Shown: positions 9,854 to 19,746 of the stretch, piece after piece
Layout: every line of letters begins with the position of its first letter
Numbering within the stretch: the first letter of the stretch is position 1
Source: a virus
Taxonomy: Duplodnaviria; Heunggongvirae; Uroviricota; Caudoviricetes
IMG/VR virus record: IMGVR_UViG_3300019755_000001
Strand: one strand, 5' to 3'
DNA length: 64,000 nucleotides
The notes under the pieces: generated by a model
Seen by the model: the letters and a program-made list of their open reading frames with translations, nothing else
Databases searched by the model: none
Told to the model about the DNA's origin: nothing
Position numbers and translations under genes: made by a program

Positions 9854-10145
9854 ATTGCTCTATCATTGCGCGATGTGTGCCTTTTAGTGTAAGTGACATT
9901 GAGTAATAATCTCCTTGTTGAGCAGTACACTCAAATCCCAGATTGGTGTATTTACTAAACAAGTCTTTCACCAGCCTGTCGTACGGCGGCCCCATTCTTC
10001 CACCAGTACAAGTTGCATCGATCGTGTGTTCCACAATCTCATCTAGCAGCGCATCAGCTTTCTTTTGCTCTATTCTTGCTTTTGGGCCAACCCAGTCTGT
10101 TCTTTGTACTTCTATTTTCTTGTTTATTCCGTAGTAATTCATCAT
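9828..10145 (-). CDS. hypothetical protein
   Basis: 105 aa ORF, co-oriented and overlapping its neighbours. Confidence 0.45.
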   Translation of the reverse strand: MMNYYGINKKIEVQRTDWVGPKARIEQKKADALLDEIVEHTIDATCTGGRMGPPYDRLVKDLFSKYTNLGFECTAQQGDYYSMSLTLKGTHRAMIEQFGEGYDGC

Positions 10146-10447
10146 ATCTCCTCGAATTTGTTATATAGTTCTTCTAGTTCTTGTTCCCTGATCTCATCCA
10201 GGTACTCCATCAACTTGGTAATCTCGTAGTCGGATATCACGTCGTCTCGTATCTTTTCTGTCTTAACTCCACTGTAGCGATCCTCAACTACCTCAACGTG
10301 CCACTTGAAGTCGGCTATTCCTGCTATGTGGTTGTCGTACAATTCGTTACGTGTCTCTACTTTATCAATCCTCTCTTGGATGTATTTTGCTTGTGCGTAA
10401 TTTTCTTTAGTCATTACTGCTCCTTTACTGTCGGCACATCTAGCCAT
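10142..10447 (-). CDS. hypothetical protein
   Basis: 101 aa ORF with ATGA overlap to the downstream gene. Confidence 0.45.
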   Translation of the reverse strand: MARCADSKGAVMTKENYAQAKYIQERIDKVETRNELYDNHIAGIADFKWHVEVVEDRYSGVKTEKIRDDVISDYEITKLMEYLDEIREQELEELYNKFEEI

Positions 10448-10595
10448 TTAACTTCGCCTGTGTTGCTTACCCATTTTTGTTGTAGTACTTGCTTTGTTGC
10501 TGGGTACATACCAACAAGGTCTCCATTGCTACTTAATACCTGAGTACTATCATCTGTTTCCAACCATCTCATCTCTTTTGTACATGTCCAAGGCA

Positions 10596-11075
10596 TCACA
10601 CAACCTTTACTATTATTTTATCTGTGCTAACCACAGCAATTGGCACGTTCATATATGTATCTACACCATTCTCACTCATGTACGCAGGTTGATATTGACC
10701 TCTGTCAGCGATGCTCAGGAGTTTGTCTAGTACGTAGCTAGACACGACAACAAATGCAGGCTGTTTTTCTGAATACCTGATCATGTCAATACCAGCTTGT
10801 ATTGCTTCGCTGTACTCACCAACTTCAGTTGCTAGTTTTGCTACTATCGTGTACCACTCCGTACCATTTCTTGCTGCTATGTAGAACTTGTGTTTCCCAA
10901 GTCTGTACTCCCTGATGTCTATTTCCTCAGTCTTGTACTGAATTTGGGGTACGTTAACTCCATCAGCTGTTATTGGTTTAGCATCTTCGTGTACCATACA
11001 CGATAGTCTATTTATACTATCAGAGGCTACTGTGATTTTCACTTCGTCTTTTTTCATATAGTGTACTTCTATCAT
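10596..11075 (-). CDS. hypothetical protein
   Basis: 159 aa ORF; start abuts the stop of the upstream small ORF. Confidence 0.5.
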   Translation of the reverse strand: MIEVHYMKKDEVKITVASDSINRLSCMVHEDAKPITADGVNVPQIQYKTEEIDIREYRLGKHKFYIAARNGTEWYTIVAKLATEVGEYSEAIQAGIDMIRYSEKQPAFVVVSSYVLDKLLSIADRGQYQPAYMSENGVDTYMNVPIAVVSTDKIIVKVV

Positions 11076-11218
11076 TATTTATCTCCTGTCTGTGTTTTTA
11101 CTATATCTAGCAGCTTTTGCCTGGCCCACACGGCTGTTGGTGTACTGTCTGCTGCCTTCTCAATCTTCTTTTTCTCATCTTGTGTCAGTCTGATCATTAT
11201 TGTTTTATCTCTGTTCAT
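11075..11218 (-). CDS. small protein (47 aa), possibly ribbon-helix-helix-like
   Basis: Not in the ORF track. Protein is MNRDKTIMIRLTQDEKKKIEKAADSTPTAVWARQKLLDIVKTQTGDK. The 'IRLTQDEKKKIEKAA' segment resembles RHH/Arc-type regulators. Confidence 0.35.
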   Translation of the reverse strand: MNRDKTIMIRLTQDEKKKIEKAADSTPTAVWARQKLLDIVKTQTGDK

Positions 11219-11391
11219 CCTAACATCCCATGTACCATTCTTAGTGCTTTTAGTTCACCTTTTGTCTCAGCTACTCTCAACTCATACGTTTTTGTGGGCA
11301 CCATGTAGTCATCAGCTTTTGCCAGTTCTTGTAGTGCGCACTCTAACTGATATTCAGTAGTTATTATAATTTGTTCTAGTTGTTCTTTCAT
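11215..11391 (-). CDS. hypothetical small protein (58 aa); first gene of the leftward operon
   Basis: Not in the ORF track. Protein begins MKEQLEQIIITTEYQLECALQELAKA. AAGGAA RBS 6 nt upstream. Its stop overlaps the next start (ATGA). Confidence 0.4.
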   Translation of the reverse strand: MKEQLEQIIITTEYQLECALQELAKADDYMVPTKTYELRVAETKGELKALRMVHGMLG

Positions 11392-11845
11392 GCTTATTCC
11401 TTTGTTACTAACAGTATACTCTCAATATACTTAACTTCTACTGAATTATTTCCGGAAATTTTATAGGATCGGGTATTTACCAACTTGTCTAGGCCTTACC
11501 TCAACCTCAACCGAGCAGGTGATTTTGGTATTACCAAGTTCTCATAGGCACGCTCTTAACCCTCCGCTCAGCCGGTCTTTTATACCCTATACTACTGATT
11601 TGATAACTCCATTGTTTATTAGTAGGATAATATAGATGATAAGTATGGTATTGATAACGATTATCAGTAAGACGTGTGTCATTTTTAAATTTTCGGGGAG
11701 GGAGGTACTAATATCACTTTTACCGACATACAACCAGACGGCCCCCCCATTGATTTCACCTGCCATTCAATTCATGTACTTCCCTGAACCGTTTACTTTA
11801 CTTGCTTAGGCGTGTCATAGACATAGCTTAATCTAAGGATTTATT
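11392..11845. promoter_or_regulatory. divergent intergenic control region (strand switch)
   Basis: 454 bp without ORFs, sitting between the first minus-strand gene and the first plus-strand gene. Contains GTATA-CTCTCAA-TATAC and other small inverted repeats. Individual promoters could not be assigned confidently by eye. Confidence 0.4.
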
Positions 11846-12130
11846 ATGCGAAGAGCATCTATCTTTCAATCAACCAAACAAGTAGCGCAAACAACTGCGT
11901 CAATCATAGAAGAAACAGCTGGCTTAGTTGTTGACCAAATCAAAGTAACTCGTGAGCTTAACAGTATCGAAGACGGTACTGATATCAAAGAAGCTAAGGT
12001 ACAATCTGTTATGGATGTAGCTAACATTACTGCTGAAGCATATGCTCAACAAACTGCTATTGATAAGATGGACATACCTGATGATGTGAAAGCACAACTA
12101 AAAGCAAACTTACTAAGCGCAATAGCTTAA
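11846..12130 (+). CDS. hypothetical protein
   Basis: 94 aa; first plus-strand ORF, with a GGA-rich RBS. Confidence 0.45.
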   Translation: MRRASIFQSTKQVAQTTASIIEETAGLVVDQIKVTRELNSIEDGTDIKEAKVQSVMDVANITAEAYAQQTAIDKMDIPDDVKAQLKANLLSAIA

Positions 12131-12154
12131 ACAACTTAATATAAAGGATATATA

Positions 12155-12442
12155 ATGGAATTAACAAACAAACAACAACTAATCATAAACAAAATGACTT
12201 CAACTCTTGACAAAGCTTCTAAAGACGCATTGGCTACTATGTTGAAACGTCCTAACTCAGTTCGTGTTGCTAAGATAGCTAACTTCTCAGTATCTGGTAC
12301 TCAGCTTAACCAAATCTTCTCAACTGATGAAATCTATGGTATAACAAATGCTGTGTACTTCTACGCAGAGGACCTATTAGCTCCATCAATGAATGGTGTT
12401 GACGATATTGACTTATTAGCTCAACTTACTGCGGAGGTGTAA
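12155..12442 (+). CDS. hypothetical protein
   Basis: 95 aa ORF. Confidence 0.45.
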   Translation: MELTNKQQLIINKMTSTLDKASKDALATMLKRPNSVRVAKIANFSVSGTQLNQIFSTDEIYGITNAVYFYAEDLLAPSMNGVDDIDLLAQLTAEV

Positions 12443-12528
12443 CATGTTTGATGAGCAATACGACGAAGATAGCAAACAGCTATTCTTCAAATAACCTTAA
12501 CCTTCGGGTTTTGGTTATTCTTTTTTCT

Positions 12529-13239
12529 TTATTCGTTTCCTTCCTTCAGCATGGCATAACCAACCTTTATTACCTCAGTCCTAACTATCTCAGACTCTTT
12601 CTTCAGTACTGCAAGGAACTTATTAACTATCAGCTGCTCTGTTTCTGTTAACTCAGTCCTTGGCTCTAACCCAATCTGTACTTCCGAGTTCTTTATAGTC
12701 CAATTATCTGCTAACCATCTTAGTATAGTACCAAGTGAATCAGTCAAAAATGGTATATCAGTTGTTCCTGTGTTGAATTTCTCTCCATCAAACAACAACT
12801 CTAGTATATCTGGTCTATTGTATGTTACTGCTATCTTCTTTGCTTCGCTTATTCTCTTAACATTTGCCCCAAACATCTTAGCTGCTTCGGCTTGGCTTAT
12901 CTTGTCTGTGCTTCCGAGGATATGCTTGTATGCTCTAATTGCCAATTGACTAGCAGTTTCATGTCTTCTTGTTTCTTTCCCAATTACTACATCCTTAATT
13001 TGTTGTAGTGTACTATTATTTGCCATCTTAACTGCTTTAATAGTACCAATCCCAAGTTCTTGGAGTACCAACCATCTGTGTCTACCATCAACTATCTTCC
13101 CTCTGTATGTTGTAACTGGTTCTAACTGACCGTGTTTGTCTATGTGGTCTTTCAGTGCTTCAAACTGTTCTACGTTCATTCGTGGTGTTGCTAATGCCTC
13201 TGGGTGTAGCACCAAACTCTCTGTTTCTAATATTTCCAT
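12529..13239 (-). CDS. ParB-like nuclease domain protein
   Basis: LVLHPEALATPRMNVEQFEALKDHIDKHGQLEPVTTYRGKIVDGRHRWLVLQELG matches the ParB N-terminal (ParBc/sulfiredoxin-like) fold with the DGxHR signature. Start chosen at Met28 (13239) because of the AAGGATAACACA-ATG RBS. The longer ORF reaches 13320. Confidence 0.6.
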   Translation of the reverse strand: MEILETESLVLHPEALATPRMNVEQFEALKDHIDKHGQLEPVTTYRGKIVDGRHRWLVLQELGIGTIKAVKMANNSTLQQIKDVVIGKETRRHETASQLAIRAYKHILGSTDKISQAEAAKMFGANVKRISEAKKIAVTYNRPDILELLFDGEKFNTGTTDIPFLTDSLGTILRWLADNWTIKNSEVQIGLEPRTELTETEQLIVNKFLAVLKKESEIVRTEVIKVGYAMLKEGNE

Positions 13240-13648
13240 TGTGTTATCCTTTGTGTGTAATCTGTCAGTAGTATACCATAGTTGACTGATTATGTCAAGA
13301 GCGTTAGCAAATAAGAGCAAAACTCGTCTTAAAGCCTTTAGTTAAGGGAAAAACAGCGGGGTTTTGGGCTAATAAATCGGTCATTGACCTATTTTTGAGT
13401 CAGACAGTGACCTAATTTATCTATTTACTAATCCTCTATACATCCTATATACTAATAGCGCAACTGTGGATTTTTTTAGTATGTTTTTCCTTTAGTTGTG
13501 GGGTTTAGGTCGAATAATAGGTTTTATTAATTTCACTCTATTCAATTGGACAGTATGGTTCATTTCACCTGGTTGGATTGTATTTGCAAAAACTCTTTAA
13601 TCCGATACTTTATGTGTTTAGGTAAATAATTTAACTAAAGGACAACTA

Positions 13649-13861
13649 ATGACTGAATCAGACAAAGCCTTTTGGCAAGAAGTAAATAAACAGGATACAA
13701 GAGACATGCTCTATGATTTAGAGGATGAGTGGTTAGATAGCCTACCAGATGAGAAACCAGACTTTCAACCCAATCGTGGACAAGGATTTATCTGCCCTAA
13801 CTGCGGTGTCGAGTGGGAAGACCCAATGGACTTACCTACTTGCCCATGCTTAGAGTATTAA
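13649..13861 (+). CDS. small zinc-ribbon protein
   Basis: 70 aa with CPNCG...CPC. AAAGGA RBS. Confidence 0.4.
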   Translation: MTESDKAFWQEVNKQDTRDMLYDLEDEWLDSLPDEKPDFQPNRGQGFICPNCGVEWEDPMDLPTCPCLEY

Positions 13862-14148
13862 TAACCAACCAACTGTATACTTTCTACACAACCATAACTC
13901 TATAGAGGATTGTGTGGGTTTGTGGGGTGGTTTTACGGTCTACAGCATTGCATTTGTGCAGCATTCCACAACAAAACATGACAAATTGCAATGTTTGAGC
14001 AACACCAAACTTGCACTATGCCACATACACACTCTATTTACTACAACACTACTACAATACTTATAATAACCAAACTGTAAAAGTATTAACCAATTAAAAA
14101 CACCGTCTTGGCCCAAGTTCAAGTACGTGCCTATGAAAGGACATAAAA

Positions 14149-14364
14149 ATGACAATAGAAATAAAGATAACAACATTCAAACAAACAGGTAAATACTACG
14201 ATGAAGATATAATAGAGGTAGACTGTACAGACCAATGGTACTACATTCTAGAAGCAGTTAGAGAACTGAAATCATTAGGTAAAGGACCTCAACCAGATAT
14301 GATTTGGTTACCAAGCCCTATAAAACCTAGACATGATGATTTCCCAGTATTAATAGGAATTTAG
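14149..14364 (+). CDS. hypothetical protein
   Basis: 71 aa; AAAGGA RBS. Confidence 0.4.
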   Translation: MTIEIKITTFKQTGKYYDEDIIEVDCTDQWYYILEAVRELKSLGKGPQPDMIWLPSPIKPRHDDFPVLIGI

Positions 14365-14416
14365 TCGTCTCGACCCAGGCTTAAGTGCCTGTACAAATTA
14401 ACATAAAGGATTTAAC

Positions 14417-14584
14417 ATGAAACAAATAGCAATTCTACTAGCACTACTATGTGCAACTTATGTGTTAGCCGAAGTACTGAGTACCAACAACAAACACAAC
14501 TATAGCAAATCATCAACTACTGTAACTAACATGTTCAGTAAACCAACAAGTGGCTTCAATATGTGGTCATACAACAACAGATAA
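14417..14584 (+). CDS. small protein with N-terminal signal peptide/TM helix (55 aa)
   Basis: Not in the ORF track. MKQIAILLALLCATYVLAEVLS... AAAGGA RBS 7 nt upstream. Confidence 0.35.
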   Translation: MKQIAILLALLCATYVLAEVLSTNNKHNYSKSSTTVTNMFSKPTSGFNMWSYNNR

Positions 14585-14860
14585 GGACTTGATAATGAAA
14601 GACATAATCTTAGCAAAATGGCGTAAACAATCAACTAACCAATTCTTCGGAGATGACAAATGAACCAGTATCAACTAGCAAACTTCAACATATGTCGAGC
14701 CTTACTGGCAGACATAGCAGAAACTCCCACTCCAGCAGAGGAGTTCATAGCAGGCATTGACTTGTCTCAACCAATCAAATAGTACATGATTAACTCCTTG
14801 TATTTTATTTGTTTATGTGATTAATTTCATTAACAACCAACTCAACATAAAGGCAAACAA

Positions 14861-15163
14861 ATGGCAAGAAAAACAGGCATATTCAAATCAGTAGGTGCAT
14901 TAGCACAAACTACTCTCAACTCAACCGAATCAGTAATTGGTTCAACACTCAACACAGTAGATGAGTCTATGCAAGCAATTGCAGGTGTAGCGAAGCAGTT
15001 CAACAACGACTGTAAAGGTGACTTAGTTGACTCAGTAGTAGACTTAGCAACAACTACTAACACAGCGGTAGACAGGTTACGAGAACTGGACTATAGTGAC
15101 GAGCAAATAGCATTAATGCTACCAGACTCTCATATCCACGCTCAACCACAACAAACAGCCTAA
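14861..15163 (+). CDS. hypothetical protein
   Basis: 100 aa ORF. Confidence 0.4.
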   Translation: MARKTGIFKSVGALAQTTLNSTESVIGSTLNTVDESMQAIAGVAKQFNNDCKGDLVDSVVDLATTTNTAVDRLRELDYSDEQIALMLPDSHIHAQPQQTA

Positions 15164-15234
15164 TAACTGTTTGGTATTCACTACTTCTATGACTGGATTG
15201 TATCAGTCAGAACCACAACTCATAAAGGATAAAC

Positions 15235-16074
15235 ATGAACACAATTATTAACAAAACAACATCAGCAGCGGCAGTAAATAAAGCACTTAAAGTACTAAGA
15301 AAGACAGACAAAGACTTAGCTTTATTACTAAGAAAAATCTACACAAACATCAGTGAACAACAGTACACTATAGCACCAACTACTTGTAAAGACTTACTAG
15401 CAGCATACACTGGTGCAGAGGACATTACTGGCCTTGATGCAACAGTACTATTCGACGCTATTAGCTTTGACTTTGCCCAAGCAGTAGAATCAGAATTAGT
15501 AACAGGTGTAACTGCAATTGAAATACCTGCTCCAGTTGAGCCTTCAGTACCAGTAGACTACTCAGCAATGACTGTAGTGCAACTTACTAACGTACTGTTC
15601 GCAGACCTTGGTAGTGAGATAACAGCACAAGTTACTAACATGACTACAGGACTGAAAGTTAAGCTTGACTTACTTGATGAACTGAAACAATTATTAACAG
15701 CTAACTTCGATGATGTTAGAGCAGATGTATTAACAGCTAGACTAGCAAATGCATTAGCATTAACTAAAGAGGACAAAGGTTCAGCTTTACACACAACTGA
15801 TGGTAACTTATCAGTGTACAACTACCTTAACTCTGATGTTAAAACTGAGTCAAAGAACTACTTGTTCATGGCAGATATAATGGCAGATACAACAGCTAGT
15901 CTTGATGTATTAATTCTTGAATCGGCTTTCAGAAGCTACAAAGAGCAGATAGCCGTTGGTGCATTACCAATCCCTGATAGAGCATTAACTCTGGCAGTAA
16001 CTAAAGCAATCAAAGGCATCTGCGCTTTGAAAGATAATAACAAAGACAAACTACTTAGTATGTCATTCGCGTAG
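15235..16074 (+). CDS. hypothetical protein
   Basis: 279 aa; AAAGGA RBS. Confidence 0.5.
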   Translation: MNTIINKTTSAAAVNKALKVLRKTDKDLALLLRKIYTNISEQQYTIAPTTCKDLLAAYTGAEDITGLDATVLFDAISFDFAQAVESELVTGVTAIEIPAPVEPSVPVDYSAMTVVQLTNVLFADLGSEITAQVTNMTTGLKVKLDLLDELKQLLTANFDDVRADVLTARLANALALTKEDKGSALHTTDGNLSVYNYLNSDVKTESKNYLFMADIMADTTASLDVLILESAFRSYKEQIAVGALPIPDRALTLAVTKAIKGICALKDNNKDKLLSMSFA

Positions 16075-16133
16075 AGTAGGGCTTCGGCCTTACTTTAATC
16101 CCAACCAACCCAAATTTAATATAAAGGCAAAAT

Positions 16134-17834
16134 ATGTATCCTAAAATACTATCAACTGAACTTAATCGACTCAATCAACTAACAGACAGCAAAATAGCTG
16201 AACTACTTGAATCTACTGTAACTACTGGCGACACACTGTCTATGCTAGTTGGTAGAGTATGTGAGATGTTGCTTAATACTAAAGCAATCAGATCAATCAA
16301 CAACGGAACTTACAACTTCAAAAAAGCGCTACTTATCCGTATAAACACTGTAGCTAAAGACCTTGACTTCGATACTGTAACTACTAACAAAGTATCTATG
16401 TCATCTGATGGAGAACTTGTGTGCCATCCTGTTACTTCTATAGTTGGAGAGCAGGAGCCTAAAGCATTTAACAAGTCTTGGTATAACGAACCAACAGGAT
16501 ATCAGGATCATGCAATACTTAAAGGTTCTGGTAGAAAATTCAACAACAACTCTACTTCTTTACTTGAAGAGAAGGCAAGTGTTGAGCTAATGGTTAAAGA
16601 CATTCAACCAATGTTCGTTGACCTTTATGCAGTACTGCTTTACGAAGATACTAAAGTAAATGTTGATGATGTTAATTACTTTGACAGACTTACTGAAGTA
16701 GCGTACTGGACTAAATGTAAACTTGGTCAAACATACACTAACTATCGTAAACTAGACAGCAACAGTCGTAACTACCCACTTAACAGATATGGCTTTGCTT
16801 ACGAATATGGTGATAGCTTCGAGAAATGGTTAATCGAGCCTGCTAAACCTTGGTTAGTAGATACTACTGAAGTGGGGCTTGCTAAACAATACCTTAGAGA
16901 GGAATTTGGTGCTAAACGATATGACCATCTTGTGAATAGTGCAATGGACAAAGTAATCGAAGCACTAGCAGACTTAGAAGAATACCAAGCTGGGAAAATA
17001 GTTGACTTTGGTATTAGTCACAAGGAACTTGGTAAACTACTACATATCATTGATGTTGACCAAAATATCATCCAAAACGAGGGTAACTACACAACATCTT
17101 GCGTGTCTTATGACTTTACTAACTCTGGTGGTATAAACGCAGCTAACCAATTTGGTGATGCTAAGTTCTTAGAAGCAACTAACTTACTTGGCAGTGACAC
17201 TAAGTTCGACACACACCAAGCTGTTGCAAACCACTTAGGTATGGAACGTGATGATGCTAAAGCAGTAATGCAAGGGCCTAACCACGGTGGACGAGTTAAA
17301 CCTGAACATAAAGACATGGTTAACTCAATCTTCGGCGAGTCTTACAACTACATCCACATGATGTCTCAGTACGGTATGAAACTAGCAGAATCTGGTATTA
17401 CTGAAGTAATCCTAACTAGACCTGATGGTGTTAACGCAGTATGGTATCCGTACTCAATCAAGTGTAGAGTGCCTATGGAAGATGGTAGTACTGTTGACTC
17501 AACTATGCCTTTCAATCCAGCAATTGGTACACAGAAACACAGAGGACTAGCAGTATCTATCCTACACTCAGCAGATGCATTTACTGAACATTATATCTAC
17601 TCTAACTTACTTGAGATGGGTATAGAAATCAAGACAACACTTGATAACTTCTATGGTCAACCAAGCATCAAAGCATTAGTAGTTGAACTAACATTCGAAG
17701 CATTAGCAATCCTTGAGGGCTATGCAGAGAGACAACTACAAACAATCGAACGAACAACAGGAATCAGCAGAGACAATAACTGGACTCTACCTAACCGTGA
17801 ACTGCCAATCGTAGTAAACAACAACATAATGTAA
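16134..17834 (+). CDS. hypothetical protein (566 aa)
   Basis: Long ORF with an AAAGG RBS. No motif recognised. Confidence 0.55.
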   Translation: MYPKILSTELNRLNQLTDSKIAELLESTVTTGDTLSMLVGRVCEMLLNTKAIRSINNGTYNFKKALLIRINTVAKDLDFDTVTTNKVSMSSDGELVCHPVTSIVGEQEPKAFNKSWYNEPTGYQDHAILKGSGRKFNNNSTSLLEEKASVELMVKDIQPMFVDLYAVLLYEDTKVNVDDVNYFDRLTEVAYWTKCKLGQTYTNYRKLDSNSRNYPLNRYGFAYEYGDSFEKWLIEPAKPWLVDTTEVGLAKQYLREEFGAKRYDHLVNSAMDKVIEALADLEEYQAGKIVDFGISHKELGKLLHIIDVDQNIIQNEGNYTTSCVSYDFTNSGGINAANQFGDAKFLEATNLLGSDTKFDTHQAVANHLGMERDDAKAVMQGPNHGGRVKPEHKDMVNSIFGESYNYIHMMSQYGMKLAESGITEVILTRPDGVNAVWYPYSIKCRVPMEDGSTVDSTMPFNPAIGTQKHRGLAVSILHSADAFTEHYIYSNLLEMGIEIKTTLDNFYGQPSIKALVVELTFEALAILEGYAERQLQTIERTTGISRDNNWTLPNRELPIVVNNNIM

Positions 17835-17864
17835 CCCATTATAACTTAATACAAAGGAAATAAC

Positions 17865-18143
17865 ATGCTAATAACAGCAATAATAAGCAGGAACTTGAGA
17901 GATGTACATACATCATCTCCTAAAGTACTACTCAGAGACTTACAAACAGAAGACGGTCCATACAGAGACCATGCACATGTAGAGCTTACTGATGAGCTAC
18001 ACAAGCTACTTCAGTCTAAACGATTTAACAACAACAAGTCTCATCCAGTTTATCTGGAAGCAGATGAGAAAGTGTACCCATGCGTACATACTGGTGTAGA
18101 GAAACGTACACTACAGAACATTCAATTGAGCAAGCTATCTTAG
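17865..18143 (+). CDS. hypothetical protein
   Basis: 92 aa; AAAGGAA RBS. Confidence 0.4.
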   Translation: MLITAIISRNLRDVHTSSPKVLLRDLQTEDGPYRDHAHVELTDELHKLLQSKRFNNNKSHPVYLEADEKVYPCVHTGVEKRTLQNIQLSKLS

Positions 18144-18248
18144 TTTGTTCTTTTTTTTTCTTTATCCTACCGGAGGTCCCTTAACAGGGTGTTCTCTTGC
18201 AGAGTGCTTTCTTTTTTCTTGTTGATTAAGCAAGCAAAGGAATATTTA

Positions 18249-18737
18249 ATGGATTATATTATTACTATAGTAGTTATCTTTCTACTGTATCAGTTTGTGG
18301 AGTACACCAACAGACCCAAACGAACGAGGAAGAAGTACTACCAATCAAGCAACGAACCAATATTTGGGGGCTTTAACAAGCCTACTGAAACAACCAAACC
18401 AGTCGAGCCTGAACCCGAACCCAAGCAAACATACACGATACCTACTGAACTTAGGTGGAGTGATCAATTTATGTCTCCGGAACAGAAAGCAGAACACTTA
18501 CTTAGTGACTTTTGGTATGACCTTCGTTCTCAACGAATGGTTATTGCCAATAATCAGTGTGAAGTACCTGGTTGTGGTAGTACGCATCGACTCAATTGTC
18601 ATCATACACACTATCTTACTCTTGGTAACGAATCAGTGGAAGATCTTCGAATCGTCTGCCGTTCATGCCACCAGAAAATACACGACAAATTAGGGTGCGA
18701 TAGAGTGACTAAATATCCGATTGAGTGTCTCAAATAA
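18249..18737 (+). CDS. HNH-motif protein with N-terminal transmembrane helix
   Basis: Start moved to Met21 of the tracked ORF, which has an AAAGGAA RBS. The N-terminus IITIVVIFLLYQFV is hydrophobic. The C-terminus CEVPGCGSTHRLNCHHTHYLTLGNESVEDLRIVCRSCHQKIH has HNH zinc-finger-type spacing. Confidence 0.5.
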   Translation: MDYIITIVVIFLLYQFVEYTNRPKRTRKKYYQSSNEPIFGGFNKPTETTKPVEPEPEPKQTYTIPTELRWSDQFMSPEQKAEHLLSDFWYDLRSQRMVIANNQCEVPGCGSTHRLNCHHTHYLTLGNESVEDLRIVCRSCHQKIHDKLGCDRVTKYPIECLK

Positions 18738-18820
18738 ATTCCGTGAAACTTCAATAAACAAAAGGTCAAAAACCTTCAACTCTTCTACAATGAAGGCCTG
18801 TCAAAAACAAAGGATTAAAC

Positions 18821-19018
18821 ATGGAAATTTACTTATATGGCTATGCGGTAGCATTTGTGCTTATGGCTCTACTCAACTGTCATGAGGACCAATACTGGAA
18901 CTCTAACGTATGGCAATTAATTGTTACTCCACTGCTGTCTTGGTTACTTGTTGTATTTACGCTACTTATGTTAGCCTATTATTACCATGACTATAAATCT
19001 TATAACATAAAGGACTAA
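18821..19018 (+). CDS. small membrane protein (2 predicted TM)
   Basis: 65 aa, hydrophobic; AAAGGA RBS. Confidence 0.4.
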   Translation: MEIYLYGYAVAFVLMALLNCHEDQYWNSNVWQLIVTPLLSWLLVVFTLLMLAYYYHDYKSYNIKD

Positions 19019-19019
19019 T

Positions 19020-19565
19020 ATGAACCCAATCCAACTTAACGAACAACAAATAGAAGCACTGAACAACGGAGCAACCAAATTTTGGTTTCCTTTATCAAAC
19101 TTGGCATTGGACCAATACAGCAATTCAGATGACTTAGGACACGACTTTACTTGGGAAAATCCTGAGCACATAGGTCACTGGGTTAGTGGTGTAGAAGTAT
19201 TCTCTCCACTACAACCAAACGAACAGTACTTTGTGCAGGAACAAACTGAGTGTCCTGGTGATTGTAATATGGGACAAGCTTGTCAACTTTGTGGAAGTAA
19301 TGGACAATTTATTGGAACCGTAGATTATATGCCAAATAGCTGTTCTATTAAGTTCACAGCAACTGATGTGGAAGTGAAGCATGTGCAAGATATAGTTTAC
19401 TGGTCAGAGCTAGGGCTATTCCCAGTGAAACAGTACCCTCACCCAGAATCTGGTATTAAAGTGAGTGAGTATAGGCCTAACTATTGGCACGACAGCCAGT
19501 ACCCAGACCAACCATATTCACAAAATCCAGTAGGTTTTCTTATCTCAATTAAGAGAATCTCTTGA
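19020..19565 (+). CDS. hypothetical protein
   Basis: 181 aa with a Cys cluster CPGDCNMGQACQLCG. Confidence 0.5.
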   Translation: MNPIQLNEQQIEALNNGATKFWFPLSNLALDQYSNSDDLGHDFTWENPEHIGHWVSGVEVFSPLQPNEQYFVQEQTECPGDCNMGQACQLCGSNGQFIGTVDYMPNSCSIKFTATDVEVKHVQDIVYWSELGLFPVKQYPHPESGIKVSEYRPNYWHDSQYPDQPYSQNPVGFLISIKRIS

Positions 19566-19590
19566 CAATATGTTACATTTATGTTACAAT
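19562..19590 (+). promoter_or_regulatory. sigma70-type promoter (TTGACA-N17-TACAAT) with an embedded ATGTTACA direct repeat
   Basis: cTTGACAatatgttacatttatgtTACAATact, 28 nt upstream of the RHH gene start. The repeat atgttaca-ttt-atgttaca spans the spacer and the -10 element. Confidence 0.5.
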
Positions 19591-19617
19591 ACTACAACAT
19601 AAACAAAAGGAGTACTA

Positions 19618-19746
19618 ATGTACAAATCAATTAGAGTTTTAGAAGAACAAAGTAAACAGTTTAAATCAGCAGCAGAAGAACGTGGTATGACTATGATAGG
19701 ACTTATGAAAAAAGTCTTAGAGCACCTCGCGAGTGAGAAACTATAA
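19618..19746 (+). CDS. ribbon-helix-helix (Arc/CopG-like) small regulator (42 aa)
   Basis: Not in the ORF track. MYKSIRVLEEQSKQFKSAAEERGMTMIGLMKKVLEHLASEKL has the beta-strand plus two-helix pattern. AAAGGAG RBS. Its stop overlaps the next start (TAATG). Confidence 0.45.
   Translation: MYKSIRVLEEQSKQFKSAAEERGMTMIGLMKKVLEHLASEKL

Noticed and set aside
12448-12651. Plus-strand 67-aa ORF overlapping the 3' end of the ParB-like gene
   Set aside because: Antisense overlap with a motif-bearing gene, and low complexity.
13240-13320. Longer start (13320) for the ParB-like gene
   Set aside because: No RBS there, whereas Met28 at 13239 has AAGGATAACACA-ATG. The longer start is kept as an alternative.
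13940-14176. Minus-strand 78-aa ORF in the intergenic region before 14149
   Set aside because: No RBS, Cys/Leu-rich low complexity, and it overlaps the plus-strand gene start.
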